This document shows positions 1 through 8,119 of a DNA stretch of 64,000 nucleotides, piece by piece. Every line of letters begins with the position of its first letter. The stretch's first letter is position 1. Location of the stretch: the IMG/VR virus record IMGVR_UViG_3300048854_000081, positions 224,001 through 288,000 of that record; one strand, 5' to 3'. The position numbers and the translations under genes are program-made. The notes under the pieces were generated by a model. That model saw nothing but the letters and a program-made list of their open reading frames with translations, did no database searches and had not been told where the DNA came from. The stretch comes from a virus (taxonomy: Duplodnaviria; Caudoviricetes).

Positions 1-2
1 TC

Positions 3-179
3 AGCGGTATTCATTACAAGACCGGTGCTGAAAATCGTTACAACAACAGCGAAGTCTTTGCTTCGTATGATGTGACCAAGCAGTTGAAGGTTTATGGTAA
101 GTATTCGTTCGGTGGTAAGGTTGCGGATAACACGGCTCTTGTCAACTACGGAACTGTTGGCGTAAGCTACGGCTTCTAA
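3..179 (+). CDS. C-terminal fragment of an outer-membrane beta-barrel protein (runs off the window start)
   Basis: Frame 3 reads ...SEVFASYDVTKQLKVYGKYSFGG...NYGTVGVSYGF*; alternating beta-strand pattern and terminal Y-x-F beta-signal. Confidence 0.65.
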   Translation, partial: SGIHYKTGAENRYNNSEVFASYDVTKQLKVYGKYSFGGKVADNTALVNYGTVGVSYGF

Positions 180-205
180 TCTGAACCAAAACTGAGTTAC
201 AAATG

Positions 206-252
206 AAAAGTCCTCAAGGATGGTTGACATTCTTGAGGACTTTTTGTATTAT
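206..252 (+). terminator. Intrinsic terminator hairpin overlapping a sigma70 promoter
   Basis: AAAAGTCCTCAAGGATG-GTTGA-CATTCTTGAGGACTTTTT; TTGACA 224-229, 17-nt spacer, TATTAT 247-252. Confidence 0.75.
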
Positions 253-271
253 ATGTTAACAGGAGAAACAC

Positions 272-619
272 ATGAACAAGTTTCTAAAATTTCTAGCAGC
301 AACTTCCCTTGCTATGGTTGCCACGGCTTCTATGGCTGGTCACGTCAGTGTTGGCGTCAACGTAGGTGGAGTTGGTGTACATTACAGTGAAGGACACCAT
401 GGTGGTTATCGTGGTGGATATTATCCTCACTATGATCGTGGTACCCGAGTTTATATTGCACCTGTGGTAGCACCAGCAACCGTCGTCTATTATGATCGTT
501 TCCGTCCTGAAGGTTATTATCAAGACGGCTACTATCGTGATGATAGAGGGGTTGAATATGTTCCAACCTATTGCTATGATAGCTGGGGTCGTCAATATTT
601 CTGCGGCTACCGCCCTTAA
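272..619 (+). CDS. Exported Tyr/Gly/Pro-rich low-complexity protein (PXPV/YXWGXW-like)
   Basis: Signal peptide ending ASMA, then VSVGVNVG and Y/G/P-rich body; RBS AGGAG. Confidence 0.65.
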   Translation: MNKFLKFLAATSLAMVATASMAGHVSVGVNVGGVGVHYSEGHHGGYRGGYYPHYDRGTRVYIAPVVAPATVVYYDRFRPEGYYQDGYYRDDRGVEYVPTYCYDSWGRQYFCGYRP

Positions 620-706
620 TAAATAACTCATCTAAGAGAAATGTCATGATCTTCTACAAACTGGAAAAGACCAACCGATTATAGGTTTCTATAATCGGAG
701 GTCAAA

Positions 707-1459
707 ATGAAGAAGCTACACAACGTTCCACAGTTTTCCCACATCTACACCGTTCATGACAAGAATGACAACATCATCCATGGTGGATTCGCTTCCATTG
801 ATGATGTCGCTGTCTTCCTTGTGGACTATCTGAAGAAGTATCCTCTTAGCTATGACGATATTCTTCAGGGCACTAAGAAGCACGATCCTGTCGTTCGTAA
901 GTACCAGATTGCACGTAAGGTCTCTTTCGAACACAAAGATCGCGCCGGTCTGTATCGCTGGCATGCTTATGGTCCACACTACACCTATGAATACGGTTAT
1001 GAGTACTTTAAGGGTGTTCATATCACCGATAGTCTTGGTGATGTTGTCAAGAACCTCAGTGCGGTCAAGGCCAAGATTTCCAAGCTGAAGTATCGTTATG
1101 CTCGTTATTCCGATGATTGGTCTAACAAGATTGACGCTATTGAAGCCCGTCTTGTTCCTGATCGTGGTAACACTAGCCGTATCAAGCCTGTTCATCAGCA
1201 CCGCCACTGCTACAGTTATCGTGGTGATGAGTATGACAGTTACGCTAGTTATAACAGTCGTCCTATCAAGACTTACCAGATTCACAAAGAGCTTGCTGCT
1301 GTCTGTGAAGATGAACCCAAGTTCCGTGGCAAGCGCCACAATGTTCCTAACACTTGGGATGATCGTGGTAACTGTCTGTGGGATACTCGCAAAAGCTGGA
1401 AACATAACTCTAAGCGTCGCAAACAGTGGAAGGAAAAACCTTCCACTGTTTCTTTATAA
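707..1459 (+). CDS. Hypothetical basic protein
   Basis: RBS GGAGG; basic Trp-containing C-terminus (PNTWDD...SWKHNSKRRKQW). Confidence 0.75.
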   Translation: MKKLHNVPQFSHIYTVHDKNDNIIHGGFASIDDVAVFLVDYLKKYPLSYDDILQGTKKHDPVVRKYQIARKVSFEHKDRAGLYRWHAYGPHYTYEYGYEYFKGVHITDSLGDVVKNLSAVKAKISKLKYRYARYSDDWSNKIDAIEARLVPDRGNTSRIKPVHQHRHCYSYRGDEYDSYASYNSRPIKTYQIHKELAAVCEDEPKFRGKRHNVPNTWDDRGNCLWDTRKSWKHNSKRRKQWKEKPSTVSL

Positions 1460-1469
1460 AGGTATTAAT

Positions 1470-1703
1470 ATGAAAGAATATAATGTAAAAGAAATGGTTC
1501 GTGATGGTAAGCTTGTCAACTTTGTGAAGTACCGCAAGGGTGAATTGATTTATATTACAGATTGTGGTTTTGAATTCCCTGTCCCTATTGAGGATGCTGG
1601 TGATGGTATTTTCCTTGCTCAAGATAGAGCTATGTTCTTCATGCGCTATATTCGTCAGCATGTGGCTAGCATCAAGGAAGAATTAGCTGCATCTGGTGCT
1701 TGA
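1470..1703 (+). CDS. Hypothetical protein (77 aa)
   Basis: ATG at 1470 after AAGG RBS; distal part of the listed 1098..1703 ORF. Confidence 0.7.
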   Translation: MKEYNVKEMVRDGKLVNFVKYRKGELIYITDCGFEFPVPIEDAGDGIFLAQDRAMFFMRYIRQHVASIKEELAASGA

Positions 1704-1744
1704 CTCAATTAAAATTTAATTGTAACATCACTAAATAGTTTTAT

Positions 1745-1838
1745 GGAAGATGTTGTTGCTTTGGAGTGACCCTACACTGGAAATGTAGTGATTCGGGCTT
1801 GTACCCCGGATGAGGTTCGATCCCTCCTTCTTCCTCCA
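1745..1838 (+). tRNA. tRNA-Ser(GGA), atypical 8/4 tRNA-Sec-like fold
   Basis: Acceptor GGAAGATG/CTTCTTCC, 6-bp D stem, anticodon arm CTACA-CTGGAAA-TGTAG, 7-bp variable stem, T arm GAGG-TTCGATC-CCTC, encoded CCA. Confidence 0.8.
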
Positions 1839-1843
1839 GATTT

Positions 1844-1934
1844 GGAAGGTCTACCGTATTGGCGAACGGCACACTTTGCTAAAGTGTTTGATCCCGAAAG
1901 GGGTTTGTGGGTTCGACTCCCTCATCTTCCGCCA
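1844..1934 (+). tRNA. tRNA-Ser(GCT)
   Basis: GGAAGGT/ATCTTCC acceptor, ACACT-TTGCTAA-AGTGT, long variable arm, TTCGA loop, G discriminator plus CCA. Confidence 0.9.
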
Positions 1935-1941
1935 GTTGTAT

Positions 1942-2019
1942 GGACATGTAGCATAGTTGGCCTAATGCGTTCGCCTCATAAGTGAAAGATCGTTGGTTCG
2001 AATCCAACCATGTCTACCA
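1942..2019 (+). tRNA. tRNA-Met(CAT) (elongator Met or lysidine Ile2)
   Basis: GGACATG/CATGTCT acceptor, TTCGC-CTCATAA-GTGAA, GTTGG-TTCGAAT-CCAAC, CCA. Confidence 0.9.
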
Positions 2020-2053
2020 ATTTAATAAATAATCTTCATAACTGATATAGAAC

Positions 2054-2869
2054 ATGAAGATTAATTCCCTCCTAGAATCATTACTTGCTGAACGCGCTCA
2101 ATTCACCCCTCAGGTGGTTGCGTATCACGCCACATCGAAGTCCAACCTACGCTCTATCCTCAAGAGTGGCCTGATCCCAAATCATTCTAAGAATGGCTAC
2201 GGATCGGATGAGAAGGATTTGGATTTTGGTTTCTCTCTTACTTCCTTAGAAGGCGTCTACTTAACGACTCGTTGGGGTAACGTAGAAGCTATTGCCAAGG
2301 GCATTCCCGCCCCTGTAATCATCATATGTAAAGTCCAGAACCGTTCTGCTACCTTGGATGAGGATCGTCTTGTCGGTGGTGTGATTGGTAGTGGTGACAT
2401 TGCCCGTGATATTCGTATGTATGTTCATGCAAATCCTAACATGACGCCTGAACAAGAAGATGATTACATTAATAAACTTACACAGGAAGAAAGTTCCAGA
2501 ATTATTAAGAGCTTAACTGGTAAGGTTAGTGACGAAGTTCTAAAACGTGTCCAACCTGATATCCTTAAGTTTGTAAACACACTAGCACATATTTCATTTA
2601 AGCGTTTCCCAACTCAGGAAGCTATGGATGCTGCCATACGTGATCAGCAGACGGTCATGACTAAAAAGCTTAAAAATCTACTACACACGGATAACCCAAG
2701 AGAACAGCATTCATCTTTCAAAATTGACCAGACGATTGGCTTCTCTGGTGCTAACAAGATCGTAGGTATCTATGATTTTATGGCCGGGGTGGGTTGGGGC
2801 GATTTGGCTCACTGGGAACGTGATGCCTATCATAAGGTTAAGACACCTTCTGAATTGTTAGGTAGATAA
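2054..2869 (+). CDS. ADP-ribosyltransferase-fold protein (Tpt1/DarT-like N-terminal motifs)
   Basis: YHAT...NLRSILKSGL...GVYLT signature; late-promoter motif ATAAATA at 2025. Confidence 0.6.
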   Translation: MKINSLLESLLAERAQFTPQVVAYHATSKSNLRSILKSGLIPNHSKNGYGSDEKDLDFGFSLTSLEGVYLTTRWGNVEAIAKGIPAPVIIICKVQNRSATLDEDRLVGGVIGSGDIARDIRMYVHANPNMTPEQEDDYINKLTQEESSRIIKSLTGKVSDEVLKRVQPDILKFVNTLAHISFKRFPTQEAMDAAIRDQQTVMTKKLKNLLHTDNPREQHSSFKIDQTIGFSGANKIVGIYDFMAGVGWGDLAHWERDAYHKVKTPSELLGR

Positions 2870-2932
2870 GTCTTACTTTACTTTTAATTAGAATCTTGAT
2901 AAACTCTTCTCCATAAATTGCGAGAAGAGTAA

Positions 2933-3163
2933 ATGAATATTGATGAATTCGATGAAGCATCAAGCCGAGGATACGATGAGTGCTATGCCTCCTATAGAGA
3001 AGCTAAGTCGAGCACTTTATGTAGCAAAATGGCCTACCAACTCCGCAGAATCGTTAATCGATTTGAAGATGAGTTAGACGAAAATAAACTTCAAGTTCTG
3101 GATGATTTAATAGCATTTACTCTTCATTTGAAAAATAAAATCGGAGAAGTAAATGTCAGATAA
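2933..3163 (+). CDS. Hypothetical protein
   Basis: ORF with RBS; overlaps the next start. Confidence 0.55.
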   Translation: MNIDEFDEASSRGYDECYASYREAKSSTLCSKMAYQLRRIVNRFEDELDENKLQVLDDLIAFTLHLKNKIGEVNVR

Positions 3164-4064
3164 TTTATACAGCGATCAAGTTAAGGTTGATGGTAAGCAC
3201 GGCGGTTCGAAGTACGATGGTAATAAAGCTCAGTATAGCCTAATTCCACCTGACGCACTCAAGGCTGTTGCCGAAGTGATGACCGAAGGTGCTAAGAAGT
3301 ATTCAGCTAACAATTGGGTAGGCTTAGAACTATCCCGCGTCCTTGATGCCCTTGAGCGTCATATCAATGCCTTCAAGTCTGGTGAAGACTATGCTACCGA
3401 TTCTGGTCAGCATCACATGGCTCATGCTATTGCTAACACAATGATGGCCTACCATATTGCTGTGAATAAGCCGGGTCAGGATGATCGTCTATTTTCTTAC
3501 ATCATTCCAGAAGAGGTTATTGCTGATGAGATTGACGAAAGTGCTGAAGGTCCATGTGACTGCATTGTATGCGACCCTACCAATAAAGCTTATACTGATA
3601 AGACCGATGGCGTAATCGAAGAAGAATTTACACGCGCTGATGGAACCAAATCAAAAATTTTTAAAATCGATCTTGGTGACAAATCTTCTGACAAGTATCG
3701 TGCGTTCGTTGAAGATGCAAGACAGCGTTTTGAAGCTGAAAAGGTTAAGCGTGCAGTAGTCCGAGCAGAGAGTGAAGCACGTGCGGCTTTGACAGCGAAG
3801 TTGGACGCACAAAAGGTTTCAGCAGAACTAAACACAGACTTTGCGCCTGTCAAGTCATATTATTCCGAAGACTATTTTATTCCACAACTAACTCAAAGTG
3901 AAGCGGTTAATAAGGCTAAGGAAGATTCGGGTGAAGACTTGGTAACCAAGTATGCTAAGAAGTATCCACAGAAGGTTACTCCACACGATAGAAATCTAGA
4001 TAGAAAGACTTTCTTAGAATTATTATGGAAGAATTACATGCCACCGGGAAATCACTGGTCGTGA
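3153..4064 (+). CDS. dATP/dGTP diphosphohydrolase-domain (DUF5664-type) protein with long C-terminal extension
   Basis: KYDGNK..YSLIP..AL..VAEVMTEGAKKY..NNW...ALERH...DSGQHHMAHA. Confidence 0.8.
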   Translation: MSDNLYSDQVKVDGKHGGSKYDGNKAQYSLIPPDALKAVAEVMTEGAKKYSANNWVGLELSRVLDALERHINAFKSGEDYATDSGQHHMAHAIANTMMAYHIAVNKPGQDDRLFSYIIPEEVIADEIDESAEGPCDCIVCDPTNKAYTDKTDGVIEEEFTRADGTKSKIFKIDLGDKSSDKYRAFVEDARQRFEAEKVKRAVVRAESEARAALTAKLDAQKVSAELNTDFAPVKSYYSEDYFIPQLTQSEAVNKAKEDSGEDLVTKYAKKYPQKVTPHDRNLDRKTFLELLWKNYMPPGNHWS

Positions 4065-4900
4065 CGCCAGTAAAATGGATAATTGACGACACGATGGATG
4101 GAGAGTTCAAGAAAATTGAACTCTCCAAGGTCATTGAATCATTAGGCCATGAAGTAACTGTTCTAGATCATATCCCTTTCTGTAGAAAAGAAGACATTAA
4201 TTTCCCATACGATATGGATGATTGTGTTATTCCGTATACCGCAATTAGTGTAGGTAAACATCTGAAAGGATATTTTGGTTCCTTCTTTAACGAAGAGGAA
4301 TTAAAATTCCATAATTACCATAGTAAATTGCAGCTACCTAACGATCTATGGGTGAATGGAGATTTTGTCATCACCACGTTTGCTGACTTCGAATATGATT
4401 TTCAGAAATATGTAAGTCTATTCCAAACCGACAAACTGTTCATCCGTCCTAATTCTGGTAGCAAACTGTTTACAGGACTTCCTATCTATGGTAAGAGCGA
4501 TTTAGATTATCAAATCAATGCTCTTCGTCAGTTGTCGGGAGCCATGGATAATAGTTTAATTATGGTTTCCAAGGCCAAACAAATCCGTGAGGAATATCGA
4601 TTTATCCTTACTGGACGTGAAGTAGTAGATGGTTCCCAATATTCTCTTATGGGAGACCATATAGAAAGACACTTCTACACGAGTGAAGCTTTGGCTCTCG
4701 CAAAGAAGGTAGCAGGAACAGGTAAAACACCTACTGAGGTCTGTACCTGTGATATTGCCAAGATGGCAGATGGTTCAGTTAAGATTGTGGAAATCAATTC
4801 GTTCAATTGTGCTGGCTGGTATTTGTGCGATCCAGAGTTGGTAGTTAAAAAGGTTAGTGAATATACAAGAAGTCTGTACGACGAACTGTACAGCATTTAA
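4061..4900 (+). CDS. ATP-grasp domain protein (DUF4343/R2K-like)
   Basis: FIRP.SG.K.FTG, EYRF, CDIA, IVEINSFNCAGWY; GTGA start/stop coupling. Confidence 0.75.
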   Translation: MTPVKWIIDDTMDGEFKKIELSKVIESLGHEVTVLDHIPFCRKEDINFPYDMDDCVIPYTAISVGKHLKGYFGSFFNEEELKFHNYHSKLQLPNDLWVNGDFVITTFADFEYDFQKYVSLFQTDKLFIRPNSGSKLFTGLPIYGKSDLDYQINALRQLSGAMDNSLIMVSKAKQIREEYRFILTGREVVDGSQYSLMGDHIERHFYTSEALALAKKVAGTGKTPTEVCTCDIAKMADGSVKIVEINSFNCAGWYLCDPELVVKKVSEYTRSLYDELYSI

Positions 4901-4930
4901 GGAATAATATTATGTGAGGACTATAAGTCT

Positions 4931-5638
4931 TCACATGTATTCTATATGCCATCCATATGCTTTACTATTCTGGCCTATTGGTATAGATTTGTTTAAGAAA
5001 TTCATTATGGTGGATATTGGGAGGTTGTTATTCTTGCAAAATTTTATGAATCCACCATGGACTATAAACTCTTCACCATTTGGTGAGATAAATTTTATAG
5101 TTCTAGCTCTTGGGTTCTTTTCGCCAGACTGAAGACCAATTTGAGCCCTTCTATTATTCTCAATTTGTTCTTGAGTTCGTTTTTGTCCTCTAAGTTTTAA
5201 ACTACGCTTTCTTAAGGTTTCCTCCGAGTGTTTGAATCCTAAGTTGACCCCCTTAACACCTTTACGCGGTTTACCCTTTAGTGCTTCAGATATTCTTTTC
5301 TTAGTTTCTTCTGAACGCGTTCTTCCTTTATGAAAGGTTTTTGTTGCTAAAGCATTCTGTTTTCTTATCCATCCAAACCTTTTATTATTCGATCTTTGTC
5401 CTCTTGGACCTATTGACATTGTATGTAAAGCATATTTCAATTTAACATTGTCAGGATAAATTTTTACCAACAGTTGATGCGCAACATAATGTTCTTCAGC
5501 AGTCAATTTAATTATGTTATCGTTGTCATTCGTACCACCTATACATTTGGGTATGATATGATGCTTTTCACTATAACCAATTAGTTCTCTATCTTTCGCT
5601 CTTGCTATTAACTTATCATAATGGTTTTTGTAATTCAT
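4931..5638 (-). CDS. HNH homing endonuclease with NUMOD3 repeats
   Basis: EKHHIIPKCIGG..N...LTAEEHYVAH; RSEETKKRISEA and HSEETLRKRS repeats; opposite strand, AT-rich. Confidence 0.85.
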   Translation of the reverse strand: MNYKNHYDKLIARAKDRELIGYSEKHHIIPKCIGGTNDNDNIIKLTAEEHYVAHQLLVKIYPDNVKLKYALHTMSIGPRGQRSNNKRFGWIRKQNALATKTFHKGRTRSEETKKRISEALKGKPRKGVKGVNLGFKHSEETLRKRSLKLRGQKRTQEQIENNRRAQIGLQSGEKNPRARTIKFISPNGEEFIVHGGFIKFCKNNNLPISTIMNFLNKSIPIGQNSKAYGWHIEYM

Positions 5639-5733
5639 TGCTCTTAATCATTTCATTCTATTTATGATAGGCGATTATTAGTTGACATTTAACTTGTAAA
5701 TTGATAACATCATATAAAATTAAGGAATTATTT

Positions 5734-6048
5734 ATTTGTGTAGCAAGTATGATCGGTGACCATTACAATGGTAAGTTTAATGAGCAATTTCCGGGTTGGG
5801 TAAATGGTATCCCACCACAAATAGGGCAGCAGTTGACTCGTGAAGAATTTAATGCTCAAATGAGCGCTCTTCGCAAGGACATGGAAGAAATGAAGGCTCT
5901 CCTTGCTCGTGCTATTGAGTACGATACTAAGAATAATGAGCCCCATTGTGAAACTGATGAAAAGTACATCCTCTTGAAGTTAATTGCTAAAGCGGTTAAT
6001 ATCGATCTTGATGACATTTTAAAGTCGAAAACAGTTAATAAATCCTGA
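5734..6048 (+). CDS. Hypothetical protein (start uncertain: ATT 5734 or ATG 5749)
   Basis: RBS AAGGA 7 nt before ATT; coiled coil and EPHCE motif. Confidence 0.6.
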   Translation: MCVASMIGDHYNGKFNEQFPGWVNGIPPQIGQQLTREEFNAQMSALRKDMEEMKALLARAIEYDTKNNEPHCETDEKYILLKLIAKAVNIDLDDILKSKTVNKS

Positions 6049-6123
6049 ACAAGAATTTATTGTAGGTTGACAATAAGGAAATATATGATATTATTTTCCT
6101 CATTGACTAAATAGTTACACAGC

Positions 6124-6200
6124 GCGCAGGTGGCAGAGTGGTCTAATGCGTTCGGTTGCAACCCGAAATCTCGTCAGTTCGAATCTGACCTTGCGCTCCA
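6124..6200 (+). tRNA. tRNA-Cys(GCA)
   Basis: GCGCAGG/CTTGCGC, TTCGG-TTGCAAC-CCGAA, U discriminator, CCA. Confidence 0.9.
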
Positions 6201-6280
6201 ATTTTAAGAGTGACCCGCTACTTTGAAGGTGGACTTGGAAGAGGGTGCCTACGACCTGAGAACTTGAATGTAGGATATAT

Positions 6281-6356
6281 GGGGCATTAGCTCAGTTGGG
6301 AGAGCGCTAGCTTTGCAAGCTTGAGGTCGTCGGTTCGATCCCGACATGCTCCACCA
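6281..6356 (+). tRNA. tRNA-Ala(TGC)
   Basis: GGGGCAT/ATGCTCC with G3:U70, anticodon loop TTTGCAA, CCA. Confidence 0.92.
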
Positions 6357-6402
6357 TTCACGGAAATATTCTGATTCTAAATATTTAAAATAGGATCAGA
6401 AT

Positions 6403-6612
6403 ATGCAACATGTAGTAAATATTGGTAGTCTTACAACTGGTAGTAATAACGAATATCATGTTATTGTGGTAACAGTCGATTATAGTCGAGTAACAATGGA
6501 TGCCGAAACTTACACCAAAAATGTAAGAAAAGAAGTTGAAAAAGCTTTTCCACAGAATAATGTTCTTATTATTGGTAAAGATAGAAGCTCTACAGTTCAA
6601 TCATTTGTTTAA
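6403..6612 (+). CDS. Hypothetical protein
   Basis: RBS AGGA; small ORF between tRNAs. Confidence 0.55.
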   Translation: MQHVVNIGSLTTGSNNEYHVIVVTVDYSRVTMDAETYTKNVRKEVEKAFPQNNVLIIGKDRSSTVQSFV

Positions 6613-6622
6613 GGATTGAATC

Positions 6623-6907
6623 ATGAGTAAGCATACTTTAAAGATAGAACTGAATTACGAAACGGAAGAACTAGACATTTCGCCTAATAAAGCCTTAGTA
6701 GCTAAGGTAGACGTTTCAAGGTTCCCACCGGTTCTCAGACATCAGTATATGAAGCAGGCAACAGATGCGCTTCGTCAAATGGTCCCAAATCCGGTAATCG
6801 TTGTTACGCATACCACTAATATTGAATCATGGTCTATAGATGATATTAAATTGTTTATGGAATATCTACAAGAACAAATTATTGTGTTAGAAGAACGTTC
6901 TACATAA
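6623..6907 (+). CDS. Hypothetical protein
   Basis: RBS AAGGA; small ORF between tRNAs. Confidence 0.6.
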   Translation: MSKHTLKIELNYETEELDISPNKALVAKVDVSRFPPVLRHQYMKQATDALRQMVPNPVIVVTHTTNIESWSIDDIKLFMEYLQEQIIVLEERST

Positions 6908-6919
6908 ATAAAGTTTTAA

Positions 6920-6994
6920 GCGGGTGTGAGTCATTGGTTGATTGTCTGCTTGCCATGCAGAATTAAGTGGGTTCGATTCCCACCATCCGCTCCA
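6920..6994 (+). tRNA. tRNA-Gly(GCC)
   Basis: GCGGGTG/CATCCGC, TCTGC-TTGCCAT-GCAGA, U discriminator, CCA. Confidence 0.9.
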
Positions 6995-7002
6995 ATTTAT
7001 AT

Positions 7003-7078
7003 ACGTCGCTCATCCAATTGGCTAGGATGGCATCCTCCAAAGTTGCTCATGTGGGTTCGAATCCTACGCGGCGTGCCA
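7003..7078 (+). tRNA. tRNA-Trp(CCA)
   Basis: ACGTCGC/GCGGCGT, loop CTCCAAA, TTCGAAT, G discriminator, CCA. Confidence 0.88.
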
Positions 7079-7085
7079 AACATTA

Positions 7086-7109
7086 AACCCAGCTTCGGTT
7101 GGGTTTTTT
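7086..7109 (+). terminator. Intrinsic terminator after tRNAs
   Basis: AAACCCAGC-TTCG-GTTGGGTTT followed by T tract. Confidence 0.85.
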
Positions 7110-7161
7110 ATTGTCTTTAATTTGCTAATGTGTTATCCTATTAATTCTCATAGGACTAAAC

Positions 7162-7857
7162 ATGAATCCATATCTCTACAAATTTAAATCTCATGCCAAG
7201 AATAATGTTGGTAGAGATTTTGCTGTGGGTGATATTCATGGATATTATTTTGTCCTTGAAGGACAGCTTGAAGAGCTAGGATTCGATTATGAAAATGATA
7301 GACTCTTTGCACTTGGAGACTTGATTGATCGTGGTCCTGAGTCTAAGAGAGCTATAGAATTTATTAAGAAATCATGGTTCTATGGGATGAAGGGAAATCA
7401 TGAGGCTATGATGTGGGAATACCACATGGGCCATTCTTGGCTGAATTCTTATTCAATACATGGGGGTGATTGGTTCATCGATCTACCACAGGAAGAGCGC
7501 CAGAAATACGTTGATGCACTCACGGAACTTCCTAACATTGTCGAGGTTGAAACGGTCAATGGTCGTATTGGTCTGGTCCACGGCGATTGTCCTGTGGATA
7601 GCTGGGAGGTATTTAAAAAATATCACCCACGTTATGTCCACGATTCCTTGTGGTCATTTAATAGCTATAACCTACTTAAATATGGTGCTGGTAGACCAGT
7701 GATCAGAGATATTGATTATGTAATTCATGGTCATTCCTCTGTCAAAGAACCAGAGAATTATGGTAACCGTTTCTACATTGATACGGGTGCCTTTGCTAAA
7801 CGTTTAGGTATTATTGAAATTAATAATCCATTAGGGATACTTGTTTTACATCCGTAA
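7162..7857 (+). CDS. Ser/Thr protein phosphatase (lambda NinI/PrpA-like metallophosphoesterase)
   Basis: GDIHG, GDLIDRG, GNHE, HGH, IDTGA motifs. Confidence 0.9.
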   Translation: MNPYLYKFKSHAKNNVGRDFAVGDIHGYYFVLEGQLEELGFDYENDRLFALGDLIDRGPESKRAIEFIKKSWFYGMKGNHEAMMWEYHMGHSWLNSYSIHGGDWFIDLPQEERQKYVDALTELPNIVEVETVNGRIGLVHGDCPVDSWEVFKKYHPRYVHDSLWSFNSYNLLKYGAGRPVIRDIDYVIHGHSSVKEPENYGNRFYIDTGAFAKRLGIIEINNPLGILVLHP

Positions 7858-7890
7858 TTATTGTATACTTGGAATACAATAAGGATACCC

Positions 7891-8118
7891 ATGGATAACC
7901 AACATAAACTAATTAAGGGCTATAGAGATTTATCAGCAGAAGAAATCGCCCTGATGAACAAGATCAAGCAAGAGCTTGGCACCAAACTTGAAGAGGTCGT
8001 AAATGAATTACTTGCTTTACCTACTACTGATAAGCGTTGGGTATCTATTGGTAAAACAGATTTGCAGACTGGTCTTATGGCGTTGGTTAGATCGATAGCC
8101 CAGCCTACATCATTCTAA
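7891..8118 (+). CDS. acb2: Anti-CBASS cyclic-nucleotide sponge, Acb2 family
   Basis: [21 protein letters not shown] and RW..IGKTD.QTG.MA..R.IAQP.SF match Acb2 termini as I recall them. Confidence 0.85.
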   Translation: MDNQHKLIKGYRDLSAEEIALMNKIKQELGTKLEEVVNELLALPTTDKRWVSIGKTDLQTGLMALVRSIAQPTSF

Positions 8119-8119
8119 A

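Noticed and set aside
716-1405. 229-aa minus ORF and other long antisense or alternate-frame ORFs (9060, 25014, 57395, 62197)
   Set aside because: They lie opposite genes with clear motifs or RBS and have no recognisable features of their own.
1788-1985. ORFs 1788..1985 and 6926..7120
   Set aside because: They overlap well-formed tRNA genes.
3153-4064. dATP/dGTP diphosphohydrolase as evidence for a modified (Z-base) genome
   Set aside because: No PurZ or related gene in the window, and the domain is widespread in ordinary phages.
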